This document shows positions 40,809 to 50,000 of a stretch of 63,879 bases of DNA, piece after piece. The position numbers were made by a program, and so were the translations under genes. This DNA is from a virus (lineage: Duplodnaviria; Caudoviricetes): positions 1 to 63,879 of IMG/VR virus record IMGVR_UViG_3300044971_001666; one strand, 5' to 3'. Numbering within the stretch: position 1 is the stretch's first letter; each line of letters begins with the position of its first letter. The notes beneath the pieces were generated by a model. It searched no databases. It had not been told where the DNA came from and saw only the letters and a program-made list of their open reading frames with translations.

Positions 40809-41072
40809 ATGGGAAATTTAAAACAAAAATTAAGTAAATACCAAAATCCAACTTTGATAAACGGGACTATTTATTACAATGTTCCTGAAAATGTATTGGA
40901 TAATTTAGAAAACGACAAGTGGGAACACTTTACGGATAAAAAATACCCTGAAAATGATTGTGATATTGTTGTTTTTAGCAACAAGAAACACAAATATTAC
41001 ATTGAACATACGGATAGTGAATTTTGGGAAAGATGTATTAATAGAAACTATATAAAATGGATGAAATTATGA
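40809..41072 (+). CDS. hypothetical cassette protein
   Basis: ORF starting right after the inner inverted repeat. Confidence 0.65.
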   Translation: MGNLKQKLSKYQNPTLINGTIYYNVPENVLDNLENDKWEHFTDKKYPENDCDIVVFSNKKHKYYIEHTDSEFWERCINRNYIKWMKL

Positions 41073-41323
41073 AACAACAAACAGCAGTAGAATGGTTAGT
41101 AGAACAACTAACTCCTTCAATATCGTTACAACAAAAACATATTGATGAATTAAAAGAGAAAGCTAAAGAAATGGAGAAAGGTCAAATAGTTGATGCAGGG
41201 GTTTTTACATTTCAACTAACTGATAAAACGCCTTACGGAATGGAATATCTAAGCAAACTTGATAATGCAATTTCAAATGCGGTGTATTATTATGATGAAA
41301 CTTATAACAAACAAAATAAATAA
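41069..41323 (+). CDS. hypothetical cassette protein (QTAVEWL-type small phage protein)
   Basis: MKQQTAVEWL...AKEMEK.QI...YYDETY. Confidence 0.7.
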   Translation: MKQQTAVEWLVEQLTPSISLQQKHIDELKEKAKEMEKGQIVDAGVFTFQLTDKTPYGMEYLSKLDNAISNAVYYYDETYNKQNK

Positions 41324-41324
41324 A

Positions 41325-41582
41325 ATGGAAACAAGTAAAGAATTAAAAACACCTACACAACACATGATGATATGGGTGTTGCAAAACTTTGAAAAAGAGT
41401 TGGAAAACGATATTGATAAAGACAAGTCGCTTGATGAAATATTTGATGAAACACTAACTTTTGAGCAACGAAAAATGAAAGAGTTTTTTGTAGCAGGAAT
41501 ATTTAAAGGTAAACAGAATATAGATTTTGACTTAGATGAAGAATTTAAAAAGTTTTACTCAAAATTATTCCCCGAAGAATAA
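41325..41582 (+). CDS. hypothetical cassette protein
   Basis: METSKELK start just after previous stop. Confidence 0.6.
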   Translation: METSKELKTPTQHMMIWVLQNFEKELENDIDKDKSLDEIFDETLTFEQRKMKEFFVAGIFKGKQNIDFDLDEEFKKFYSKLFPEE

Positions 41583-41654
41583 AAGTGCGGTGGCTTTTTT
41601 CTTTTTGTTTTTCCTTCACGGAACTTCAATTGGAAACGGTAAGCAAGGCATTTC

Positions 41655-41787
41655 ATATAACGTTTTGCAGCTACCAGAAGGGCGGGATTTTAACAACAAA
41701 ATAAATTTAAAAAGATGAATTATAATTTAACCACAAATGCTTCTAACGAAGCCGAAAGCCCCGCCTTTTTGGTAGGTGCTGTTAGCA
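41655..41787. repeat. attC-like site
   Basis: ATATAAC-gtttt-GCAGCTACCAGAAGGGCGGG...CCCGCCTTTTTGGTAGGTGC-t-GTTAGCA. Confidence 0.8.
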
Positions 41788-42644
41788 GTAGTGCCTTTCT
41801 CGAATTAAAATAAAACTTCTGGGCGGAGTTATAAAACCCAATAAAAACAAAATGAATAATTTAAAAAATGAACCAATGGTGAAGCATAGTAACCAAGTTC
41901 ACACAACAACAGATTACTTTCTATTTAACCCAATAGAAGGTAACAGAAACAAAAACTTGTTACACATTAACAGATTAAAAAAATCAATGGCAGAAAACTA
42001 TTTATTTACGGTTATTATCGTAAATGAAAAGCATGAAATTATTGATGGGCAACACAGGTTTGATGTAATTCAAGATTTAAAACTACCGTTGAATTATATT
42101 ATTTGTAAAGGTTATGGATTAAACGAAGTTCACATTTTAAACCAAAACTCTAAAACATGGAACGCTGATGACTATTTAACTGGATATTGCCAGTTAGGTT
42201 ATGAGCATTACATTGAGTATGCAAAGTTTAAATCTAAATTTGGATTTGGGCATAATGAATGTATGCTATTGCTTGGCGGGTCTGATACGGGACATTCAAT
42301 AAAAGAGTTCTATTGTGGTGAATTTAAGATAAAGGATTACAATAAAGCACTTGAAAAAGCCACAAAAATAACAATGATAGGAAAGTATTATGATGGCTAT
42401 AAAAAATCTTCTTTTGTTAGAACTATCGCTCAAATTTTAGATAAGCCTGTTTTTGATTTTACTCAATTTATGCAGAAATTAAGAATACAGCCAACGGCAT
42501 TGCAGGACTGTTCAAATAACGAACAATACAAGCTATTGATTGAGGAAATTTACAATTACAGAACAAGAGAAAAGGTTAATCTTAGATACTAGTTTAATTG
42601 CGGGGTGTCAGTCGGCTTGCGGGTCGGCTGGCATTACTGCTAAC
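41781..42644 (+). mobile_element. gene cassette A2 (ParB-like gene)
   Basis: ends GTTAGCAGTAGTGCC (41781-95) and GGCATTACTGCTAAC (42630-44), 14/15 inverted match. Confidence 0.8.
41852..42592 (+). CDS. ParB/Srx-like N-terminal domain protein
   Basis: GNR...INRLKKSM...IIVNE...IIDGQHR. Confidence 0.8.
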   Translation: MNNLKNEPMVKHSNQVHTTTDYFLFNPIEGNRNKNLLHINRLKKSMAENYLFTVIIVNEKHEIIDGQHRFDVIQDLKLPLNYIICKGYGLNEVHILNQNSKTWNADDYLTGYCQLGYEHYIEYAKFKSKFGFGHNECMLLLGGSDTGHSIKEFYCGEFKIKDYNKALEKATKITMIGKYYDGYKKSSFVRTIAQILDKPVFDFTQFMQKLRIQPTALQDCSNNEQYKLLIEEIYNYRTREKVNLRY

Positions 42645-42711
42645 GGGTCGCAGATACACGCTGTGAGCGTTGGATTGAGGGAGGGAAAATAGCGTGTATG
42701 TGCTGTTATAC
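42638..42711. repeat. attC-like site
   Basis: TGCTAAC-gggtc-GCAGATACACGCT...AGCGTGTATGTGC-t-GTTATAC. Confidence 0.8.
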
Positions 42712-43040
42712 GCTGCCTTTATTACTAATTTAATTTAAAAACAAAAATATGAACGCAAAAGAAAAAGCAAAAGAGTTAATCGAAAAATATCAAAAAATTG
42801 ATATTGAAATAGGTGGTCAATATGATGGCTACCTTACAATGAAAATACACGATGCCAAACAATGTGCTTTGATAGCAGTTGAAGAAATACTAAATGCAAG
42901 ACCATTAGACCCTAATTATGTAGATTGGGATGATTGTGGGGCAGCACACCAATATTGGTATGAAGCACAAAAAGAGGAAGCACTTGAATTTTGGAATAAT
43001 GTCAAATCGGAGTTGCAGTCTTTGTAAGGTTGCGTATAAC
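42705..43040 (+). mobile_element. gene cassette A3
   Basis: ends GTTATACGCTGCCTT (42705-19) and AAGGTTGCGTATAAC (43026-40), 13/15 inverted match. Confidence 0.8.
42749..43027 (+). CDS. hypothetical cassette protein
   Basis: stop codon overlaps cassette end; paralog at 37236..37436. Confidence 0.75.
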   Translation: MNAKEKAKELIEKYQKIDIEIGGQYDGYLTMKIHDAKQCALIAVEEILNARPLDPNYVDWDDCGAAHQYWYEAQKEEALEFWNNVKSELQSL

Positions 43041-43059
43041 TACTGTATAACTGCAACAA
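43037..43059 (-). other. candidate attI-like terminal site of array 1
   Basis: - strand reads TTGTT-GCAGTTATACAGTA-GTTA; same layout as 62021..62043. Confidence 0.5.
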
Positions 43060-43074
43060 AAAGGATAAATAAAT

Positions 43075-43305
43075 ATGAGAGTATCAGTAAGTTATATAGT
43101 TGTTTGGCAAGTTGTAATTAATGGAATTGAAACACCTTATAAGTTCACAAAAGACGGTATTTGTATTAATACCCAACGATGCAAAATATTAAAAAAAGTA
43201 TCAAAAAATTCAACAATAGGATATAATTTTCATTCAAAATTTTACCCACTTTTAAAAGTTAAATTACTAATGCAAAAAATAAAAATAAATAAATTACCAT
43301 TTTAA
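43075..43305 (+). CDS. small basic array-adjacent protein ending in LPF
   Basis: YKF...LKKVS...K..PL...LPF; resembles 61729..62019. Confidence 0.7.
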   Translation: MRVSVSYIVVWQVVINGIETPYKFTKDGICINTQRCKILKKVSKNSTIGYNFHSKFYPLLKVKLLMQKIKINKLPF

Positions 43306-43307
43306 AC

Positions 43308-43475
43308 ATGAGCGAAATAGACAATTATTGCAGTATAAAAGACTTTGCCTTATCCAAAGGTGTTACCACACAAGCTATTTATCGTCAAATAAAGCGAGAT
43401 AGTTTAAAAGAGGAAAAGTTTAGGAAATTGACAATAAAAAAAATAGGTTTAACAACAATAGTTAAAGTAAAATAA
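43308..43475 (+). CDS. small winged-HTH/excisionase-like protein (not in ORF track)
   Basis: manual translation MSEIDNYCSIKDFALSKGVTTQAIYRQIKRDSLKEEKFRKLTIKKIGLTTIVKVK. Confidence 0.7.
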   Translation: MSEIDNYCSIKDFALSKGVTTQAIYRQIKRDSLKEEKFRKLTIKKIGLTTIVKVK

Positions 43476-43476
43476 C

Positions 43477-43785
43477 ATGAAATCACAAGCACCAATAGAC
43501 GAGTTAGAAGTAAAAGCAAAGTTGGAGAAATCGCTAAGTGAAATGGGCGTGATGTGTTATATTATCAGTAAGCATAATCAAGAGTACCTAGACAGTATTT
43601 ACGGAATGAGAAAACTAATGATTAGCAAGGAATTTTCGGTGATGAATAGACTTAGAATAGCTAATCAAGATTTTGTTACTAAAACCGATAAATCACTAAA
43701 AAAAGCTAACTTAGACATATCTAAGATTGAGGAATTAGTTACAGATATGCTCGAAAAAATAGAACTTGAATTTAAAAAATTATAA
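43477..43785 (+). CDS. hypothetical protein
   Basis: ORF in operon. Confidence 0.6.
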   Translation: MKSQAPIDELEVKAKLEKSLSEMGVMCYIISKHNQEYLDSIYGMRKLMISKEFSVMNRLRIANQDFVTKTDKSLKKANLDISKIEELVTDMLEKIELEFKKL

Positions 43786-43788
43786 TAA

Positions 43789-43995
43789 GTGAAGAAACTA
43801 GATTCCGTAGAAATCCGTAGAGCAGAATTAGTAGCAATCATTAACGAAAAATGGGCTGACAAAAACAAACCTAAAGAAGTAATTGTTGAGCCTAAAAAAT
43901 GGACTAAGGAAAAGCTAGAAACTACCGACATTTCCGTAGAAAAAGTTAAAGAACAACCGAAAACAAAGACTAAAGTGCAAACAGAATTATTTTAA
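43789..43995 (+). CDS. hypothetical protein
   Basis: ORF in operon. Confidence 0.55.
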   Translation: MKKLDSVEIRRAELVAIINEKWADKNKPKEVIVEPKKWTKEKLETTDISVEKVKEQPKTKTKVQTELF

Positions 43996-44000
43996 AAGTT

Positions 44001-44324
44001 ATGGAAGTAAAGTGGACAGAAAGATACTCATTTGACGATTATCCTGACGAGCGAAATAGATGGGCTAGAGTAGGGTATGCGGGATTATTTAATAAGGATG
44101 GTACTCCTAAATTTGATAAAAAATTAGATACTTGGAAATATTTTGAAATAGCATGGATTAGCCAAGTAAGTTTTATTCATTCAGAAACTAAGCAAATGAC
44201 TAAAACTTATGTAGTTTCGTACAGATTTCCTAATTACGGTAAACTAAGTTTTAGCGACATAGATGATGCTAAAAAAGAAGTTGAGAACCAATTGAAGATA
44301 TTTTTAGAAATAATGAATAAATGA
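44001..44324 (+). CDS. hypothetical protein
   Basis: ORF in operon. Confidence 0.65.
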   Translation: MEVKWTERYSFDDYPDERNRWARVGYAGLFNKDGTPKFDKKLDTWKYFEIAWISQVSFIHSETKQMTKTYVVSYRFPNYGKLSFSDIDDAKKEVENQLKIFLEIMNK

Positions 44325-44989
44325 TAAAAGTCAAGCCTAAAAAACCAAAAGCACCAAACCAAAACCCCGATTGCAAAAAATGTGGTAAGCCATTTAAGCG
44401 ATATAAAACAACTAAATCAATTTGTGATGAATGTATTTTTAAAGCAATTGATTACGGTAAAGAAAACCCTCAAAAAGTTTCACAAACCGCAATTAAACAA
44501 GCTAAGAGTGCATTTAAAAAAGAAGTTATTAGAGATACAGCATGGTATTTAAAAAAACTACAAGACGAGGTAAATTTAATTGCAAGGCTAATTGATAAAG
44601 ATTGCGTATGTATTAGTAGTTTGCGCCCAATGGCATCAGAAGAAATTCATGGAGGACATCGTTGGAATACAGCCGATTATAAAGCAATAAGGTTTAATTT
44701 ATTTAATATCCACTCACAATCATTGTCGGACAACCACTTTAAAAGTGGAAATGCTGACGGATACGTTAAAGGATTGAATATAATGTACGGAAAAGAATAC
44801 GCTGACATGGTTCAAGACTTACCAAATCAATACAATGAAATTAAACACATGAGAACTGACTTAGAGCAGTTTTATAGAGCAGCGCAAGGGGTAACTAAGT
44901 TTTTAAAACTAGAAAATAAAACCTATACACCAAGTGAACGAATTGAGTTGAGAGGGAAGCTAAATAAAATGATAGGAATTTTTGACTAA
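44321..44989 (+). CDS. NinG/Rap-like recombination endonuclease
   Basis: CKKC..C zinc motif; LQ..VN..ARLID...CISS...GGH...IRFNLFNIHSQ...N...SGN. Confidence 0.85.
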   Translation: MIKVKPKKPKAPNQNPDCKKCGKPFKRYKTTKSICDECIFKAIDYGKENPQKVSQTAIKQAKSAFKKEVIRDTAWYLKKLQDEVNLIARLIDKDCVCISSLRPMASEEIHGGHRWNTADYKAIRFNLFNIHSQSLSDNHFKSGNADGYVKGLNIMYGKEYADMVQDLPNQYNEIKHMRTDLEQFYRAAQGVTKFLKLENKTYTPSERIELRGKLNKMIGIFD

Positions 44990-45045
44990 CTTTGCTAAAA
45001 AATAAATTTTTACAATCAATATAAATAATTTAACTTGCAAACATT

Positions 45046-45663
45046 ATGTATGGAGTTGATATTGATAGCAAATTTGAAACACTATTAGACGAGAATTATA
45101 GTGGATATTGGGATACAGCCGATAAGAACATATTTTTTGCAACTGCAATCAATACTGTTACAACTGACTTAATTAAGAAATTTCAGTCAAATAATGTTGA
45201 TTTAACAAGGCTAATGCCTTTACTTCAAAAAAGCACACCAATAGCTTCACCCGCTTCAAACGTAATTGATATTTCAAAAGCAAGTTCGGATATTCCTAAC
45301 TTAAAGCAAGTATTAATAGTTGAACCAACATTTAACTCTCCACAAAGAACAGTAAGAACAACACCCGTTTCTTACGCTGATTTCGGTGCTATTTATAGTA
45401 AAGGAACTGTTCGTTACCCAAAATACATATTAAGTGCTAACGGTATTGATATTTACCCAAAAACACCCGCTATTACAACTTGTACCGTTTGGTATGTTAG
45501 CGAACCTGTTTATATTGACGTAGCTGATAACGCAACAGTTATTCCATACACAGATGAAATGGTAGAATTAATTATCAAAGCAGCAATTATAGAAGCCACT
45601 AAGAGTACAAGGGAGTTTTCTATGTCAGGAATTGAACAACAAGCATTAACTAGAGAATTATAA
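45046..45663 (+). CDS. tail tubular/ring protein
   Basis: first of three ~210-230 aa genes preceding the stabilization protein; IDIYP...YV..P...ELIIKAA pattern. Confidence 0.6.
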   Translation: MYGVDIDSKFETLLDENYSGYWDTADKNIFFATAINTVTTDLIKKFQSNNVDLTRLMPLLQKSTPIASPASNVIDISKASSDIPNLKQVLIVEPTFNSPQRTVRTTPVSYADFGAIYSKGTVRYPKYILSANGIDIYPKTPAITTCTVWYVSEPVYIDVADNATVIPYTDEMVELIIKAAIIEATKSTREFSMSGIEQQALTREL

Positions 45664-46331
45664 TGTTATTAGATGAAATCACAGAAAGAATAGTAAGGGC
45701 TTGTCAAGGCGGAAAAGCCAAAGACGAAACCGAAATAGATTTTGAATACGTTGAAAGTAAAGTCCCAAAATGGCGACAAGCTGCAATGTCTATCCTATAT
45801 AATGGAAGTAGAGAACAGGCAGCAAATAGTTTTATTTCGCCCGATTGGTATCAAACAGTAACCGTTTCGATACCTAGCGGACAAAGCAATAATAACAAAT
45901 CATACATTACAGCAACAGTTCCAAGTGTTATTAGAATAAACAGCAATACAGATGGATTTGTTTTTGTTGGAGATGATGACGATACAGTTTCATTTATTAG
46001 AATTAGTTCACCAAGCTACGCTAGTGATTTAATGAGTAGAGGTGATTTAAGTGAAGATGTAATTGGATTTATAGTTATAGCAAATGATATTAGATTTTAC
46101 GGGAACAAACAACTTGAAACATTTACCATTCAAGCAATACTGTCTAATCCATTAGACGACACAAACTTTGATATTGATAACGACCCATACCCTGTAAGCG
46201 AAGACGTAATTTCAGTAATGGAAAGAATTGCAATGCAAGAATTATTACAAGAGCAAAACACACCCGAAGATTTAATTAATGATGGTGTAGATACAAAAGA
46301 TAGAAGAATAAATAAAGCCAACATAGTATGA
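45663..46331 (+). CDS. tail tubular/ring protein
   Basis: AILSNP...DPYPV...PED.IND C-terminal pattern, position. Confidence 0.6.
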   Translation: MLLDEITERIVRACQGGKAKDETEIDFEYVESKVPKWRQAAMSILYNGSREQAANSFISPDWYQTVTVSIPSGQSNNNKSYITATVPSVIRINSNTDGFVFVGDDDDTVSFIRISSPSYASDLMSRGDLSEDVIGFIVIANDIRFYGNKQLETFTIQAILSNPLDDTNFDIDNDPYPVSEDVISVMERIAMQELLQEQNTPEDLINDGVDTKDRRINKANIV

Positions 46332-47026
46332 GTATAGCAATTGGAGAAGAAACATCAATAGAATCGGTACTTACAAGCGTTAAGGAAGAGTTGGAATTAA
46401 CCAACACCACTACTCAAGACTTTTATTTACGCAGACTAATTAAAGAAACTGAACGCAACATATTTTCGCTTGACCAAACTATTCAAAACAGCGAAATTTT
46501 AGATATTACGAACAATATGGCGAAATTACCATGCGAGTTTGTAATGTTTAATATTGCGGGCGGAATTAGATTTATAGGCGTGGACAACTTGCCTTATGGA
46601 GAATATATAAGACCGACAAATATTAGAAGACCATTTTTTACCAATAATGCTAATTACGGTTGGAGTACAGTTCAGCAAAACAAAAACTGTTTACATTTTG
46701 ACGGTTATTATAATGGAATAGAAAACTCGTTACCTAGTAACAAGGTAGAGATTAGCGGGCTGTTTTTAAGAAAGAACGACTTAGGAGGTATGTATATTCC
46801 TTTACTTCACGAAAGACCTTTAATAGATTCAGTTTGTTATAAATTTATACGCTCAAGAATAAACAATAGGCAATACGGATTTATTTTAGCCCAAATGGAA
46901 GATTATAAAAGAGCAGCAAGTTGGGGAATAAAAGCAGTAACAGCAAAAAGCAAAATGCTAGATGCAAATCAAAAACAAATATTAGCACAAGTTTGGAATC
47001 AATTACTACCGAATGGCACAAGATAA
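46328..47026 (+). CDS. tail tubular/ring protein
   Basis: AKLPCEF...GGMYIP pattern, position. Confidence 0.55.
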   Translation: MSIAIGEETSIESVLTSVKEELELTNTTTQDFYLRRLIKETERNIFSLDQTIQNSEILDITNNMAKLPCEFVMFNIAGGIRFIGVDNLPYGEYIRPTNIRRPFFTNNANYGWSTVQQNKNCLHFDGYYNGIENSLPSNKVEISGLFLRKNDLGGMYIPLLHERPLIDSVCYKFIRSRINNRQYGFILAQMEDYKRAASWGIKAVTAKSKMLDANQKQILAQVWNQLLPNGTR

Positions 47027-50000
47027 CGACATAGTACAAAATATAAATACCTTTAAAGGAGGTATGAATAAAGATTTGGCGCAAGAAAATATTCCAAACG
47101 AACAATACCTTGACGCTAATGATATAAAAGTAACATCAGACGAAGAAAACAATATAGTTCGTATTGGAGGGGCTAATTCTATGCTAACATTTTCTTTGCC
47201 TAATAGTAAAACAAATAATACAAACCAAATTTTTTCTGCAAGACTAGATGTATCTGCAATAAACATAGACCATACTTTTACTGCTTATGGACTAATTTAT
47301 GGGGCGTTTTCAAGCATGGGAGCGACACAAGAACTAAGGGCGATTGACTTGCAAGCACAAATAGAATCTGCGACTACTTTTACTGTTGATATAGTAAGTA
47401 TTTCAGACGGTATGGCAAATTGTTTAATGTATGTAGCAGGGGAATTTCAAACCTTAGTTTTAACTTTAAAAATTGGAAGTGGTGCAACCAAAACAATGGT
47501 TGTATTACAAGAAAACTACAATTATATAGGTGCTAGTTATGCTGATGTAGTTTGTGCTAAAGCAATAGGCGATGACTTGTTTATGCTTGTAGATATAAAT
47601 GGAACAGGAATGATTGCAGTAGCTAAAAAAGACGAAGCAAACAACACTTGGACTACTACAAGACTACTTCAAACCACTAAATTAAACTTTGACAAAAACA
47701 ATGTTACCTTTTTAAAACTAGAACAAAATAACAGTTACATAAATTTATATTGGGTAGATGGCTCTGATAAACCTAGATGTTTTAGTATTTTAAAACAAGA
47801 CACTTGGGTTACAGATAGCGCATTAAGATATTCAATAACTGATTTTGTTACTGGAAATTTAGAAGCGTTGTATCAATACGGAACAGTTGAGCAACAAACC
47901 TCACTACAAGTATTTAACAATCAAACTAGAGTTACTGATGTAGTAGTAAATGATACTGCGGGGTTTTTTACGGTAGGTAATAAACAGCTTGGTATCAGAT
48001 ACAAAATAGGCGGTAGCTATACAGAAACAAGCCTTTTAACCAACCCGTTTCCAATATTTTTAAGAGAGCAAACAGATTTTGAAGGTGGTGGTGGAACTCC
48101 AAACACCGATACTACTAAATCATTGACTATTACCATTGATAAAGCAAAAGATAATTTATATCAGTATTTTCAAGTAGTAGTAATAGACCAAATCGGATTA
48201 TCAAAAAGCGCATTTGTATTAGGAGATTTCCCAATATTGGGGGAAACTTTTTCTATGACTGTTTTAGGAAATGAAAATAAGCAGTTTTTAGATATAAATG
48301 AATTATTGGTTGTTTCGCCAATTATACAGACAGCGCACCTAAACGAAATAATGGAGAATAAATATTTCTTAGGTAGAGTTGAAACAGCTAGTAGTTATTA
48401 TCCTGACATAGCTGAATGGGTTGAAAATACAGTTTTTGCAAGCGGAAATATTAGCATAGTAGCAACGGAAATTGATGCTGTGGGTGGAATTGATGTTACT
48501 GATGATATTATTCCTGATAGAGAATATTACAACGTATCAAATTGTTTAAACACTGTTGGTTATATGTATAATGAACTATACAGATTTGGGCTAAAAGTTT
48601 ACTTTAAAAGCGGAGTAGTTCAAACTTACTTTGGTGCGGACATAAAAATAGAAGCTGATATTACAAGTAAATTAGGTAATTTAACAAATGCTGCGGGTAC
48701 AAAAGTTTATGTTTACTCACCAAGAATAAATTCAATAAATTTTGGGACTGCGCCTAGTATAGATGGGATTTCGTTTTCCGATGCAGTAGAAACAGTAGAG
48801 GTAGTTAGGCAAGAATGTATTAACGACATTATTGATACGGGTTATTCATTAGTTTCTTTTGATAAGTTTGGTGCGGGTTCGCCTACTATAATATATCATG
48901 TGCTTGGCAATCCTTTTATAAACACCTTTAACTTAAATAGTGGAGGAACAAATGGAAGTGGTAAAAGTCAAAATGGGATTGATTACAATAAAGCAATATT
49001 TGTTTCTTGGGGTCAAATAATTTCAAATGTAAAAATAAACAAAGATATGTTTATTAGGAACTTTGGACAGCCTACTAAGTATAATCTTTATTCTGTTTCA
49101 TCCCCTTGGACAACAGACCAACAAAAGCAAGAGTTTACTGGCTTCTTCAAAACAGTACCCGCACCCGAAATAAGAACAATGAATAACGGTAATTATGTTG
49201 CAAATCAAGGGCAGTATAAAATAGATAATACTAATTATATAACTAACCAATCCGATGTTTCAAGCAACGTAACAGTTCCTTATTTAGATTACAACAACAA
49301 TGTATTGGGTTTTGTTTTTACAACAGAAGCGGGTCAAGAAATTAACTACATAAACACAAACCTTGATTACTTAGACGGTCTTTTTGTTTATAGTAACTAT
49401 GTTTATTGTGGAATGTATTGTCAGTTTTATAGAGGATTAGATAATACTAGATATGGCAGTAAATATAACGGACAGTATTTTAGCACAGGAACTTTTATTG
49501 ACGTGTCAAGCGCATCTGTAACAAACAAAGTGTTTTGGGGTGGTGATGTTTACACTCAAAAGAATTTCCATAAAATGAACTTTGGGAATGTAACCCAAAA
49601 CAAAGACAGAGGTGTAGGGTATTATACACAAAATAGAATAAACACCCAACTTTGCTATACTAATAGTGCAACGCAAAAAACATATCCACTAAATACTAAG
49701 GTACTTAACGAATGGCTTATACAAGATGGCGAAGCAGACCTTAGACTTTACGATGGAAGTTTCACAAACTTAAATACTTTACGAACCTCACAAGCATTTA
49801 ACCCAAATATTCCCGAAGTAACAGATTACTTTTCAACAGTATTTTGGAGTGAACAAAAACTAGAAGGTGATTTATCAGACCCTTACCGAGTTTTTAAATT
49901 CTCGAATCAAAAAGCCTTTGAAATGTCAGATGGCATTTTAACAGGAATATATAGAATAAGAGAAGTTTTAGCTATTATTCAAGAAAGAGGTTTTAAAGTA

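Larger units (their letters stand above)
40733..41661 (+). mobile_element. gene cassette A1 (three small ORFs)
   Basis: ends GTTATATGAAGTGCC (40733-47) and GGCATTTCATATAAC (41647-61), 14/15 inverted match. Confidence 0.8.

Noticed and set aside
41536-41718. 60-aa ORF, plus 40648..40851 (-) and 42930..43121, spanning cassette ends
   Set aside because: They are translations of inverted-repeat/att DNA overlapping better-supported genes.
40709-43059. CRISPR array or plain terminators as explanation for the repeats
   Set aside because: The units are not identical direct repeats with short spacers, the hairpins lack U-tails, and core complementarity is cassette-specific.
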